Positions 33,761-47,695 are shown, counted from the first letter of the whole stretch. The stretch is DNA of 63,406 nucleotides, filler included, from Choristocarpus tenellus KU-1152 (GCA_964200185.2; 9 parts of 9 records of this genome joined end to end with filler, not necessarily neighbours in it), one strand, 5' to 3'. A program made the numbers and translations. Notes: generated by a model from the letters alone, not told the origin.

Positions 33761-35287
33761 NNNNNNNNNNNNNNNNNNNNNNNNNNNNNNNNNNNNNNNN
33801 NNNNTTAATTAATTAANNNNNNNNNNNNNNNNNNNNNNNNNNNNNNNNNNNNNNNNNNNNCGTTTTAGGGCCTCTTCTACAGTGAAGGGGAGAGCGGACG
33901 GTCTTCCCTTGATTTCTTCCTCGCCCCCTACAACAGGGGTGAGCTTCTCCAGGGAGTCTGCAGCCTGAAGGGACAAGGATATCACATGGAGGAAAGACTC
34001 AGAAATCCATCTGAGTAGGGCAAAAGGACTCCAGGGGAGGCAGGGGGAAGTGGTAATGACTCAAGGAGATCCGCATGAGCACGATTTGTACTTGTGTACA
34101 ACATGTGGACACAGGGAGGTTGTGAATTACTGCGGATAGAGGACGAGGCAACCTTAGGTGTGAAAGAAGAGGGGGATTCGGAGCCGATGAACAAGCAGCC
34201 TGTAACACTTATACTGGTATCTAAAACCAACTTGCTGTCGCCGACAAAGAAACTTGACATGATCCATGGAAGGGAACGAGGATGAAGTCTCCATTTATAG
34301 CCTCACCTCCACCTTCATCGCTTGATTGGAAATTCCTCCCTTCCATTGAGACTGCTCCTCCCCATCCCAGATGTCATCTCCTTGTCTCAAGGTCTCAGGG
34401 GAAGGGTCGAAGGTGACTGATTCAAGGGAATCTCTATCTATCAGGTCCACGCCTGCGATGACTAGCAAGGAGAATACCGGGTTGCAGTTAGGCAATCAGG
34501 CATCGTCACGGGCACGATGACCAACAAATACCAAGACAGACCCTCGGCTGGCAAAGCACTCCACACTTGACCAACGGTCGATTTCGGCAATTTCCTACAA
34601 CAGAGACTGGAAGAAGTTCCCACACCAAACACCTTGAGGCTTGACGAGGACAGCCTGCAGAGAATCTGCCTCCACTTGAATGATAAGCGTGAAGGCGAGA
34701 CAGGGTTGTGCACGAAGATGCCACAAGTTCACGGACCTGATGCACCCCCTTCTCCAGGAATAGGGATAGCAATGCCAGCTAGGGAATTTTTCTCGGCTCC
34801 CGCTTCTGGATTCTCTCTAGCACTGTAGGGTGTACCGCGAGGAAGGAGAGACTTAATCCAATTCATTGTCCAAACAATCTTCTCGTACACTAGTCCCTCC
34901 AGACTCTTCAGTTTGCCTGCCTGATCATACACAGTACCAGCCTCCCTTGCTGCGTTGCCAAGAAAAATCTCAATTCTTTGCAACGGTGCCTTCTGGGCAC
35001 AACACTGTAGTAGGGAGGGTTGCCTCCAGTCGAAACCAGGAAACTCTGTGATATGTGAACAAAATATAGTTGAGGGTCGGAGTTGATAATATGTTCCTTG
35101 GCGTTTCTGTATAAGACTGGCTCAATTCAACTCCTTCTCTCTCTCCTACCTATCGTAGTTAAGCTTCCACCCCACACTTGATTGCTGCCTCCTCACGCTT
35201 TGAGTCGCAGAGAGGGTGGGTGAGCGAGTTGATCTAAATATATCGGGAACAGGTCAGTTGAGGTGCAATTGCCGTCTCTGAACTGTC

Positions 35288-38200
35288 ATGGCCGCAAACG
35301 AGGTGACAGGAGCACGTCTGTCGGATGAGGGCCATAAGCTGTACCGTATTCGACAAACCTGTATGAAAATGTTAGTGAAGCGTGGATATAACGTGCTCCA
35401 TGAACACATGAACATGAGTTCTGAAAAGTTTGTGGAGATCTTTGGAACTGAGCCAAGGCGTGAGGAAATGACACTGCTCGTTGAAAAGGTGTGCCTGTGC
35501 TCAAGGGCGATGTTGATTCTGGGCTACTTTCTTCGCAATAGCTATTAGGTTTGTGGTAGAAATTATCAAGACATTCTCAGTGCCAGAAGCTTGTAGCGTT
35601 AGCCCCCTCGAGGGAACCCGAACGGTTGTGAGCTAGTGCGCCAATGGTCATAGTCCACACTCACCCTGTCACTTTATGTTGCCCTCGTTGATTTCAAGCA
35701 TCAAGTAGCTTTTCCTGAAGCACTTCCTCCCCTAGTGCCGCTCTTTCTATCACTGTCCTATTCCTGTGCGTATGTGTGCTCCTGATCCTTGCCGGTCATT
35801 CCCCTGTTGCCGCACCTCGCCAAAAACCACAATCCTTTACAGCCTATCCACGTGCCAGCCCTTCTCTCTCAAGAATGAAAATGACCCCGTTACCTCCCCA
35901 TACCGATCAACCTTGTGTCGCCAACCTGAAGGTTGATGATCCAAACGATCAGATCTTTGTCTTCTTTCCTGATGACGAGAAAGTGGGCGTCAAGCCCATC
36001 AGGGGATACAGCGAAAAGATGCTGGCCGAGAACGTCAGCAAGGCGATCATCGTCGTTAGGGGTGGGATAACACCATTTGCACGATCCGCCATCCTTGAAC
36101 TCTGTGCCCAGCGCCAGGTGAGAAATCTTCGACGGTGCACCCCACCCCTGCTTCTACCTCTGTTTTCATCTCAATACCGGGAGATGCATGCTTCGGAGGT
36201 AGATTCACCGTTCTGTCCACACGCACCAACCAGAGACTCACTTATGTCTACCAACAATTTTGGCAGGTCCACTTAATGTGTTGAAGCTGAAAGCCTTTCC
36301 CAAGCTATTGCACAATCCATATTTTCTATATCCTCGCCTTTAAGGTTGAAGCTTATCAATATGCAAGCATGATTGTAACATTCGAGAGTGACATTTTCTC
36401 TTTTCTGTGATTTTTGTAGATCGCTACCCTGGCAATGTGAGCATAGAGTGAAACATATGGAGTCACAATCGCTGTTGCTGCAAATGAATACCTTGCGAAT
36501 ATTTGCCTCATCAACCTTGAAACCTTCTCAACACCTGCACTTTAAAGGTGTAACTAACACGCAACCTCTCCAATGCAAAAGGTAACTGTGGAGGATTTCA
36601 AGGATGCAGAACTGATGCTGGACATCACTGAACACACCCTAGTACCAGAGCACCAGGTTTGACTCGCTTGTTGATCTTTGTATTTATCTTTGTATTTTGT
36701 GAACAATTGGGGTTGTATGGCTTGGGTCAGGTTTTTGATTTTCAAACTGGAAGTTGATGACTCAGCTGCTGTAATGAGGGGGGTAGTGTTTGAGTGTGCT
36801 AGCTCATTAACTGTGGGTTGGGGTCGAGGGCCATATATGCATCATGGAGGAGCACAGCCTAGGTGAGAAGAATGAGGCTGAAGTGTCGCCACCTGGTGCT
36901 TCGGTCTACCTGCCTCTCTCCTCCACAACCAAGTTCTCCTCGTTTAGATACTACTCATGTGTTACTGAGGTAGTCAGCAGGATGGGCTGCAAAGGACTTC
37001 ACCAAGCTGAATTGCAGTTGCAGAGCTGCTGCCTATTAGCATGTTCTCAATATGAGTGTCTTATCAGCTGTTGTTGTGCATCTATCGCATGTGAGGTCTG
37101 ACAGATTTGGAAGTATGTGTCTTTGCCAAGATCAGTGGCGGCATTACACCTATCCTTCAGTTTTGTGCATTACTCAAGAGCTCTGTTCTTTTCAAGCGTG
37201 CTTTATCACAGAGTCATTCTCCTACCATGTATATATATACATATATTTTTTTCTTTGCTGGCTCTCCTACGTCAGTGTTGAAGAGGGGCGTTTTTTCAAC
37301 CGCATGTCCTATGTGTACTCAATACTGACACCATCCAGCTAGCCAGCCTCAACAACTGGGTTTGATATTGCTCTCCATTTTTCGTACACGAAGGACACGC
37401 CTGCCAGAAGACGCATACAGCGCTCCAGTTCAGAATAGTCAATGTGATTCTAATGGGGAAGGGGGAGGGGGCGACAGGTCAAAGACGTACGTTTCTGCCT
37501 CACAGCTATGATGTTGTGCCTATTGATCTGTCCATTTGGTGAATCCATCACTGTCTCTCCACCACGATGACATATTGATAGGTTGCTCTTAATGCTTCAC
37601 CTTGCGTATGCAGTGTTGTGTCCATCCATCCATCCATCCATCCATCCTAGTATTGTAGTTCTCGTTGTTGCTCCACTACTACGGAGGCGTTCATGTCCCT
37701 GTCGTATCGGTCTCTCTGATCCCCTTGACACTCCTGTGCTATCTATATTGTTCTTTTTTGGATTAAATAATATTTTACTTTTTTTTTAAGGTTTTGACTT
37801 CGGAGCAAAAGAGCGAGCTCCTGAAGAGGTACAAACTCAAGGACATGCAACTGCCCCGAATACAGTCCTCAGACCCTGTGGCGAGATTTTACGGAATGCA
37901 GGTATGGTGTAGTCTCGAGCAGTGCTTGCGGGCGAGGGCCGGGCGTAGAGGCAGGGTCTGATATTCGTTGGGTTTGCTGTTGATGTATCCGGGCTGTATT
38001 TGATGGATCTCAATTGATGTCGAGGGATTGCTGTTTTTCCGATGTGGTGTCATGCTATCGTCGGCTCTTGAATGGGGGACATCACGTATCCTGTGAGAGA
38101 CTGGAGACTGGGGTGGGTGAGGCAGACCATGAAGAAGTGACAATTGAGGGGGGCGGAATTAAATTGATCTAGGTGCACGGAACCAAGCGTTTCGAGAAGG

Positions 38201-40192
38201 TTGGTTGAAGTTTGGGGTTGGGTGAGGGAACAAGGTCGTTTGGTGGGATGGTTGAGGGTCTAGTGCGCTCAAGCTCAAAGGGTGTTGTGGGCTTCAGGGA
38301 GGCAGCCAACGGGATGGTAGTGTGTGTGTGTGTGTATGTGTTGTGAACAAATGTGTTTTGTGCATGCTCGCCTGTTTCTACCCTAGGAACAGCACCCAAA
38401 AGGGGGAGCTGCTACCCCTGATGACGAACCCGTCCCTAGTGTGGGCCCTATCCTGTCACAAACCCAAGAAGTGCATTGTCATTGGTTCGTGTTAGGCAAT
38501 GACCACGAGGAAGACATAGTTTTAGGAAGGTTGTGCGTTGTTACTGTCTGCTGAGGAAGACACAGTTTTAGGAAAGTTGTGCACTGTTACTCTCCACCGA
38601 GGAAGAAATAGTTGGGAGGAAAGTTGTGTGTATTTTTACTCTGTACTTAGTCTGTTGTACAGTGCACACCCCACAGAAGTACTCGAGTCATTCTCAGTAT
38701 GGAAGAGGTGGATTTTTTTCTGAATGGATTTCTTACACCTTTTTTTGTACTTCGTTAGCTGTGTAGTGCACTGCGACATGGGCCTCGTGGGCGGTAATTA
38801 TTTCTTCCTTTTATTTTTTTCCCTGGCATCCAACCGATTGGTGTAAAGTGTGGAGGAATCCAACTGATTGGTGTATAAAGTGTGGAAGCATCCAACCGAT
38901 TGGTGCAAAGCTTGGAGGAATCCAGCCGATTGGTGTAAAGTGTGGAGGAATGGACTCTCTCTCCCCCTATTGCTGACACAACTCAAAATTGTTTATATCG
39001 TACTGATGGCACACGGCATTGCTTTTCAGGTACACCAACAGCGGAAAGAAGAGCCAAGTGTTAATTAGTAGTACTGGTATATGTTTTGGGTTAGGGTTGG
39101 GGTTGGGGTTGGGGTTTGGACGATGGAAAGGGCTTGCTTGGAATGAGCTTCCTGAACGTTACCCAGTATGTCTCTCATGTCGGGCTCACACTTACTCCGT
39201 GCATGTGTTGCACGTTGTTGCTTCTTTTGTGGAAGCTGCCTTTTGAAATGGGGAGCACTGTGACTTGAGCCTCATTTTGTTACTGAATATTCTATGTATC
39301 CATTGCAGGCGGTACATTGTACTCTTTGCTTCCAGGGTCTGAGCATTGGTCTTGCATACCTTGGAGAGGTTATCAGTGACGGGCTCGTTGCAAGCACGGC
39401 GCCTACTCTCCACAGTCTCTCTGCTCCCCTTTGCCGTACAGCGCATACTCCTTTGGTGTTGCAGTGCCCCTCAAGGACCCTTATTGTGTTGTCGTAGTTT
39501 GTGAATGGATGAAAGTGGTGTCCTTTGATTAGCAATAACAGGCTTTCCTGTTGCCGTTGGCGTGATGTGCACTTCTTCTTGTGTCCCTATCCTAGAAAAG
39601 TATGTAAGAGGTCCTCTTGTCCGTGTCATTGCGCAAAGCTCTCTCTGTGTAGAGGTGTGCGAGCGCGGAAGCTCTTGCAGGACGTTTGCTAACCTGGCAT
39701 AGGGCGGTATCATCTTCGAGCCTACCCCGGGGTCTTGATTCTTGCCCCTGATTCTCAATGCTTGCAACAGAAGGAAGTGGGTTTGTTGGTTTCGATCTGT
39801 AACTGTATGTAGGCAATATTCACGTAGTATTGTGCTTTACGGGGTTTTTTTCAATAATTGTAACTGTTTGTAACTGTCTGCCAGGATACTAGTCAAGTCA
39901 AGTAATCGCCCATGGTGGGATATAGAAGTCAAGCGAGCTATTAAATACATAGTAGAGGTGAATGCGTAAATGTGTCTAAGTTTAGTGCTTTTCATGGGCT
40001 CCATTGATGTATGTTTTCCTCTAACCTGAAGAGAGAGAGAGAGAGAGTGGTTGCTGACACCTCTGCAAAACCTACTAACCGCACATGCCCACCTACCCCT
40101 GAAATAATCCCCGGCAGAGAGGACAGGTTTGCAAAATCACACGACCAAGTGAAACAGCAGGACGGTACGTGACCTACCGCCTCTGTATCTGA
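35288..40192 (+). CDS. RPB5: DNA-directed RNA polymerases I/II/III shared subunit RPABC1, complete, 215 aa
   Basis: Exons 35288-35488, 35932-36117, 36582-36656, 37791-37901 and 40118-40192, all phase 0: [95 protein letters not shown]. Confidence 0.97.
38826..38951. repeat. ~30-bp tandem repeat, 4 copies, in an RPB5 intron
   Basis: ATCCAACCGATTGGTGTAAAGTGTGGAGGA units. Confidence 0.88.
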
Positions 40193-41026
40193 TTTGGCAA
40201 GGAGAGAGGCCTTGAAGGGGGCATGGGGAGGAAAGTTCAGTGTCCCCTTTGGTGTTCGCACCTTGAGGTTTTGTGAGTTTGTCTGGGTAGATGCGACCAA
40301 GCAGGAGCACAAACAGTTGCCTGCGCTGGAGCACCCTTCGTTGGTGTTCTGGGCTCCTCCTCATCACACAACCCAAGTAGTAGTAGGAGGCCTGTGACAT
40401 TTGCGACACACAGGTGTCACACAGATGCATGTGTTCCTGCTGTCACCAAACGGACATGGGTAAGGCCTTGTCTTTTCTTGACTCATGGATTGGATGTGTG
40501 ATGTCGGGATGGCTTTCTGATGCACGAGTTGTCTGCTGCTTGCTCCCTGTGAAGGCTACTTGAGCAAGACAGTGGGGGTGTAGGGGGTGGGTCCCTGCTG
40601 GCATGTATATAGTTATTTGTGGGATTTAGATTTATGCGCAGAGTAGTGTTGGGTTCTTTCCATTGTAGCAGAAGATCAATGGGAAAGTTGGTTTGGGTGG
40701 GTTTTGATGTGTCAGGAGGCAGAGCATTGCTGTCATTGACTGGATGTATGTTTAATGCACAGGATAATATTATATCTCCCCTTATCCCTGAAGCTACACC
40801 AGGTGCATAAGTGCAAATGAGGGCTGGTGATATTCCAAGAGCATATCTTGCACTCCAAGAGCAATCAACACTCCAGAGTTGTACCAGCTAGTTCTGTAGC
40901 TGGTACAACATATAGAATGTGACCTTCTGTTCTAGATGGGACTGCCACGAGTTTTCCGAGTGTTACTCATGTGAAGAGAATGTTATCATTCTCCATTTTT
41001 CCAGCAAATCTCTGAATCCTACTCCA

Positions 41027-41278
41027 CTATTTCGACAAGAGCGCTAAGCTTTTATTGACCTGCTCCTCCTGTGCATGATTCCGAGGTATATCCTGCTCTT
41101 TGAATGCCGCATTATTAATGTACTCATGATACAATGCTGAGCTCTGTAGTAGGTAGATGTATCGTCTGATGTCCAATGCATAGACCATGCCCAGTTTGCA
41201 TTGAAGATCTGGGCCTTTCAACGATAATGCACAATATTTCGTATTGCCTTGTGTTTTGGGATTGACATCAAGAATCAG
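41027..41278 (-). CDS. Possible terminal exon of an unknown gene converging on RPB5
   Basis: TACAG acceptor, then 83 open codons to TAG. No family recognised. Confidence 0.3.
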   Translation of the reverse strand: MILDVNPKTQGNTKYCALSLKGPDLQCKLGMVYALDIRRYIYLLQSSALYHEYINNAAFKEQDIPRNHAQEEQVNKSLALLSK

Positions 41279-41639
41279 CTGTACTACAATTGGGGCTAGA
41301 AATAGTGTTGAGTTAAGGCTTACTACGCCTAAGCTGGGTGTCACGGTTTTTGAGTTTGTGCGACTACATTTTACCGTACCTTCTATTTTAATGTAATTTC
41401 AGGTAGACGTTGGATACACTTAGATGAAGGACAGCGTCTCTCCTGTTACATACATTATATACTATCGATATGGTACTATTCAGGTCTGAGTCAGCTCCCA
41501 TGATAGATGAATGACTGGAAGTATCTGGGGGGAGGGGGGNNNNNNNNNNNNNNNNNNNNNNNNNNNNNNNNNNNNNNNNNNNNTTAATTAATTAANNNNN
41601 NNNNNNNNNNNNNNNNNNNNNNNNNNNNNNNNNNNNNNN

Positions 41640-42424
41640 CGACCCACTAAGTCTTCACCCCGTGCTGAACTTTGTTACATGATGATGGGCATTGCCCTTC
41701 GTAACCAATACCCTCCCCAAACCTATTGGATACTGCTACCACGTTCAGGGAAGCCCAATTATTCGAAGAGGCACATCAGTTGGGAGTCTATGTGGGATAG
41801 TAATCTGCATGATGACACCCAACATCAATCTTCAGGGTTGCCTCTGTGGAAGGGGGATGAATTTTAACCAGTGACAACTAGCGGGGAAATGACACCTGAG
41901 GGTTCTAGTGATGAAGAAAAACTGGAATTTTTTGTAGGGGACGGTGGAAGGAATTAGTGAGGAGGATGAATTGGGGTCGGGTACTGCTGAAGAAGTTCAA
42001 ATGGGGTCTGGAACAAGGATTCTGAACAGATAAATGAGGATGGGGTTACATCACCTCCACTGCAGGGGAGTGGGAGACCTGGGCTGGGACGGCAGTCACG
42101 ACCCTCTGAACCTAGGATGCTGTCTTGGCTCCGCGAGTATAATGTGGGAGTGTCACTAAACTCCTTGGGCACGGCGGAAAACGACTAGTCAAACGGCCTA
42201 CATCGTAAGACATAAGGTGAAGGAGATGATTGGCGACGAATTGGGACTGGGATGGGCAGGGAATACTCCAGCTAGTGGGTTTCCCCCTGTCCCTACGACC
42301 GTCATGGAAGCACTTGAGTCTCGGGAATCCAAGGATTGACTCAAGGCTATACATGGTGAGATTGATGGACTAATCACTAATGGAACATGGGTGCAGGTTC
42401 CTCGTCCAACCCAAGTTAATGTGT
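41640..42424 (+). mobile_element. Ty1/Copia pol remnant (integrase C-terminus to start of RT)
   Basis: KSSPRAELCYMMMG..TYWILLPRSGK..SKRHISWE and PTTVMEALESRESKD*LKAIHGEIDGLITNGTWVQVPRP. A PPT-like GAGGGGGCAA followed by TGT at 42905-42917 suggests the start of the 3' LTR. Confidence 0.8.
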
Positions 42425-42877
42425 GAGCGAAAGTATCTTGGAGGGTACGAGTTTTTCCCAGTTCGTCCGTTTGGGGCTTGTCTTTCCACGGGCTTATTAT
42501 GACATTTTACCTGCTCCGAAATGTTTCGGATTAGGTAAAATGTCTGCTTTAAAAAAATATGTGTCCGAAACAAGGATATTGACACTTATTGCATCCTGGT
42601 GTGTGTCTTATATACGTGTGAGTCAAAGTATCTTAGAGGGTAGAGCCGCGTCCATCTGGGGACCAAGATCCAATGTTGCGATTTTGATGTAATTTTGGCT
42701 ATCGTGTTTGTTTGGTAGTGTCAATATCCTTGTTCCGATCACACATTTTCATAAAGTATACATTTTACCTACTTTGAAACATTTTGGAGTGGGAAACGTC
42801 ATGAAAAAAAGCTTGGGAAGCCAAGCCCCAAATGGACAAATCGGGCAAAACTCGTACTCTCTAAGATACTTTAACTC
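42425..42877. mobile_element. Two family 1 MITEs in inverted arrangement: partial 42425-42587 (-) and full 42620-42877 (+)
   Basis: TIR and body matches to the 18608 copy. Confidence 0.9.
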
Positions 42878-43633
42878 ATGTTGCAGAGTGACGGGAGTCT
42901 TATTGAGGGGGCAATGTCAGTGAAGTAAAAAACAAGAATCAACACACAATATGCAACTGGAAACTTCTGTGAAAAAGAACACAGGAAGAAAGAAGAAACC
43001 AAACTTGGATCCATATTTAACGTAACTAATGTCATACACATCTTCTCAGTGAGTTGTGATGATCTAACAAGCTAACGATGTAAATGGGAATAGCGACCAT
43101 TGCAATGGACAAATCACCGTTCAGTATGGACTGACGATGCTGTATCGTATCAAAGCAAATCGAATGAGTAGCCTATGTTACAGGCGCCCCTCGGATCTCA
43201 CCTCCACAGGATGTACAATTCAAATCCAACGGCCTTAAAACGACGCTATGGGGGTGTGGCCTTTTACAACGGTTTCTAGGGTGTCAGGTAGCCTTTTCTC
43301 TTGATACTCCAATCAGTGCTTAGCTCCAAGCTTGACTCAATGTTTCGTTCAGAGATAAAAAGGGACTGGCATGAAAGAGGTAGAAAGTATGTTACCACTA
43401 AAAAGCTCTCTTATTATTTTCATCATCCACCAATTTCGTTGGTCTTCTATCGACTACTCTATAGGTAATCCAATCATAAGCCTTTATTCTTGAACTTCTT
43501 AGTGACTTTTGACATTTTCCTCCTCTGTAATGTTACATAGGTATTCCGAATCTTACTCTGCATCTTCTTAAAATAATTATTTATCCTGTAAGGCTCTAAC
43601 TATGTGTTACTAATGTCGCACATAGTTTGTACT

Positions 43634-43792
43634 TGTCAGAACTCGAGAAACAATCTTCACACTGTACATCTGTCACAAATGTCCGTATATCCTAAAACAT
43701 GAGGACAAAATGCTCGCGCTATTTGCGTGTAACAAATGCTTGCTCTTTCGTTGGAACAAAAGAAGAAACGCTGACGCTATTCGCCAGTAACA
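43634..43792 (+). repeat. Solo-LTR-like repeat (TG..CA), second copy 45854-46001
   Basis: The two copies align over ~150 bp and end in GCTATTCGCC..ACA. A related end lies on the minus strand near 60876. No TSD was seen. Confidence 0.6.
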
Positions 43793-44139
43793 CCTATGTA
43801 TTAACACCAGGTACGTTGAGCCTCCTTGACGATCGGTTGTCCCACACAACCAGTTATATTATTGTTTATTACCTTCCATCAGAGTTGAGAAGAGAGTGAG
43901 ACACCATCACCAGATGGGGTTCACCAAACCCTAGAAAAAATAACTCGCAATACCAAATGAGTCGACAGTTCTCTAGAACACTTCAGAAATACTCATAACA
44001 TTCAGCGAAACTTCTTCTGATCAAATGCCCCATAGAAAGATGCCGAATGTCTCGCATTGTCATTTGTGCATGCATCCAATATGTCTTCGAATCTTATTCT
44101 TACAAATGGACAAGCAATATCTTGAGATGCCCCATATGC

Positions 44140-44870
44140 CTTGGCCACATAGGCTAGGAGTCCTGGTAAGGTCTTGGGGAGGGCCTCAATGAAGGCTGAG
44201 GAACATATGGTGTGGAAGGGATTTTTTCCATCCGCGCTAATGACCCATTTGCCACACTCGTTTCTGAAGCGATTGTCCAGTAGGACACACTCTCAACCCC
44301 ATTTGGGACCCCTACTCCAAACTGCCCCATACCTCTCCAAAGAGTTCCTTGAGTCAGGGGTGCCAGTCCATACAGAAGGCTGAAGCTTGTGACCTCCTAA
44401 GGAAAGAGCCAAGGGCCTCTGGGCAGCACTTCTCCTCCCCAATTCCAGAGAGTCTTGAAGTGGTGTGGAGTTTCCAAAACTCAGGATGCAAGGAGTTTGG
44501 GGAGGTGTAGGCCAGCTCCCATAGCTTGCCAATTGCCTCCGTGACCTCTTCGTGGCCAACATCTGTCATATAGGCCGATCGGATATGGCTGGGATACATC
44601 CCATGAGGGCTTGATGCAGAGTCACTGTTCGCTCGAATGTAAGCCATCCAGAGGGAGGTGGGGGTATACTCCCCCTCAGGGGCGCAGTACCATTGTTCCC
44701 TCCGAGACTCTGTGTCAATCACTACTCTATCCTTAGCTTCCATTACAGTTGGTCAAAGCTCATCATACAGGTATTTATTGGAGTTCTTGGGAATCAGCAC
44801 CTTGGGCATTTAGTCTGTCCCTGGGGCTCAGAGCTGTGCTAGGAGAACATTCAACCTCTAGGAGAAACTC
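44140..44870 (-). mobile_element. CRE-like non-LTR retrotransposon RT remnant
   Basis: SSPHGMYPSHIR..SRLSGIGEEKCCPEALGSFLRR resembles RT domains 0-2. It aligns with 52950-53650. Confidence 0.75.
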
Positions 44871-47695
44871 TGTGCAGTACACGATGTGAGTTACAGTAAT
44901 ATGTAACCGAAAGTGTTCAGGATAATAGTTTTATCTTAAGCTGGTTATTTATTGACAATTAATTATAGACTGAAGTTCACATGTTCGATCACAAATATTC
45001 CAGAGCACACTTTGAGGTTGTACTTTGTACTAGCATAGACACCTCCTCAAACCCAACTTATTTTCATTCATTGAGGTGATATTAGCCATACGCACAAGAG
45101 CACTGAACGAATGAAGTGCCAAAAGCAAGTATGAATATTCTCCTCACATGTCTTTACCTCACCAATCCCTACCGCTCACATCCTCTGCCTTATCCTGTCT
45201 TCTTTTCAAGTTGTGGTCGGCTACTATCATTGTGATGTATCAGCTGAATTTATGTATGACCATTTCCACTGTACGTGTTTCATTCCATCTCAAATAACCC
45301 ATTCCTTCCTGCAGTCTCCACCCCACATGATGTGATTCCACCTATTGACAATCTCTATAATTTTACAATTCAGTATTCCTTCATTCGAAACATGTCTACT
45401 ATGTCATGGTATTTTACTTCCATTTGAGAAATCAATACACCATTATTTCAATTGCATCACATTCACCTTGTATCATCCCCCCACTGCAAACCCCACAACA
45501 CGTGATGTTGGAATATAATGCATCTTTTAACTTATTCACCATTTATACAACAATGTGTGTACATGTGCCTTCTATCCTAACAGCAATACACACAATACTA
45601 CACATCCCATCCCTACCGCAACTGCACTTTAGCTGAAATCCACTTCAATGCTACTCCCATCTCTCTATTTCTTCAACCATTTGGCTCAAAGTATCTGGGA
45701 GGGGGTGGCGGCTGTCCATTTGGTGTCAATTTGTATATGTCGCGATTTTTGGGNNNNNNNNNNNNNNNNNNNNNNNNNNNNNNNNNNNNNNNNNNNNTTA
45801 ATTAATTAANNNNNNNNNNNNNNNNNNNNNNNNNNNNNNNNNNNNNNNNNNNNCAAGAAACAATCCTCACACTCTACGTCTGTTACAAATGTTCGTATTT
45901 CCTGAAACATAACAAGAAAATGCTCGTGCTATTCGCGTGTAACAAACGTTTGCACTTCATTGAAATACAAGAAGAAAAGCTCGCGCTATTCGCCTCTGAC
46001 ATATCACTTTCTTTTACTGTGGCGACTTGTTCCTAATTGTAAAAAAAGAAAAAGATGCCTGCAAAGGCTTCCTTTAACGGCCATACCCCCCCTGTTTCTT
46101 TCTTAGATGTAACGTCCCATCTTTAACCGTAGCCTTTTATTCACACCATTATCCCATATTTGCAGGGTCTTGTAGGAGATATAGTTATTCATTTCCCTAC
46201 CCCCCTATTTATATTAGTGTGCCCTTCTTTATTCGCATATTTCTGTTATGTTCTCGTCCAGTCCATTTTTCTTCCAACTATTGCATCTCATATATATATT
46301 TTTCTTTTAGCATACATCTACTGCCAATCCCCAATTCTTACTTTCGAGACATTCACCCCACCTAAAATTCCCACCTAGTGCATGTCCATCCGGGACTCTG
46401 CCATTATTTGTACTTAATTTCGTAGCTGTGACTCAGCCTAGAATCTCCACCTACCCTGTGGCCTCATTCGGTACTCTGGAATACCTATGTAGGTTTTCTT
46501 ATTTGTTTTGTTTTCTATGCTACATTATTTCCCAGTTTATGGCTATAACCCATACATTCTATGGCTACTCATAATGACATAACCACTGATTCACATGGTG
46601 CCTGTGCTTAGTAAACGTCCATTACTAACCTCTTAATTTCTACGAGTTACCTTTAAACGAAATTGTCCCATCTACATCATCCTACAGTGAGCCCACACAT
46701 TTTTTTTTTTTCTCTATTGGGTTAGGTTGAACGATGTAAGCAGCGGAAAACAAATCCACGCGATCCCACCGATCGGTATAAACCTAGCATCAGTCCCGGC
46801 CCTATAATTCGAGCGATATCTAAAAATGCACTTACTCCACGAGATGAGCGCAGGTACACTACTCCTCCCCCGAACCAATAACTTTCCCCTTTTTATCGTG
46901 ATCTCCATGGGCAAACCATGTTTATGGCATAACCGGCACACTCTACTCCTACTTTCCATCACCCTCTTGGACTGTAACTCTGGCAGGGCCCTCATCCCTT
47001 TCCCTTGTTTCACTCCACCATTACATCGTGGTCCATCTTTCGTAATTTATTGTCCTATGGATTTTCCCCGATACCCCTTGTATTATGTCTGAATCTACCC
47101 ACTTCACTACCCGTATTCCATACCTACCCAACACCTATCCACACTTTTATTCATCGTCTCATTCATCAGCCCCCTTACCTTGTCGACCTTTTCTTACCAT
47201 TTCCGTATCCGCTTCTCAAGCATCCCCGTCCCTCCCCTCGGACCTTTCTCCCTTCCAGCTGTCGGAAAGATTGTTCGGGTTATGTCTTGATCCACTCCGG
47301 CGAGAGCTTGCTCGGAGGTTGCCTTGGTCTCCCCTCCTCATCCTGTACCCCTGATTCTCGACCTTCTTATTACTTACTGACCTCTGCTCCTATCCTCTCC
47401 TTACCACTCGTTTCCATTTAACTCTTCTCCCTTTCCTTTCCTTAACTATTCATTCTCTTCCTACTTCCTTCTCTTTCTTTCCACTGCCTCCCTTGTTCTG
47501 TACCCCCAGCCAACCAGAATTCTTCCGCCCACAAAACTCAGATTACTTCATAAACTTTCACTTTATTCTAACGTGTTGTCAGAGGCACCACGCACTCCAC
47601 TGTGCTCTTTTCATGATACCATTGTTAACAACTACTATTATCCGTGACAATAACTGACTGCTGTTGCACTCTAACGTACTGTGGCACACCCTCCG

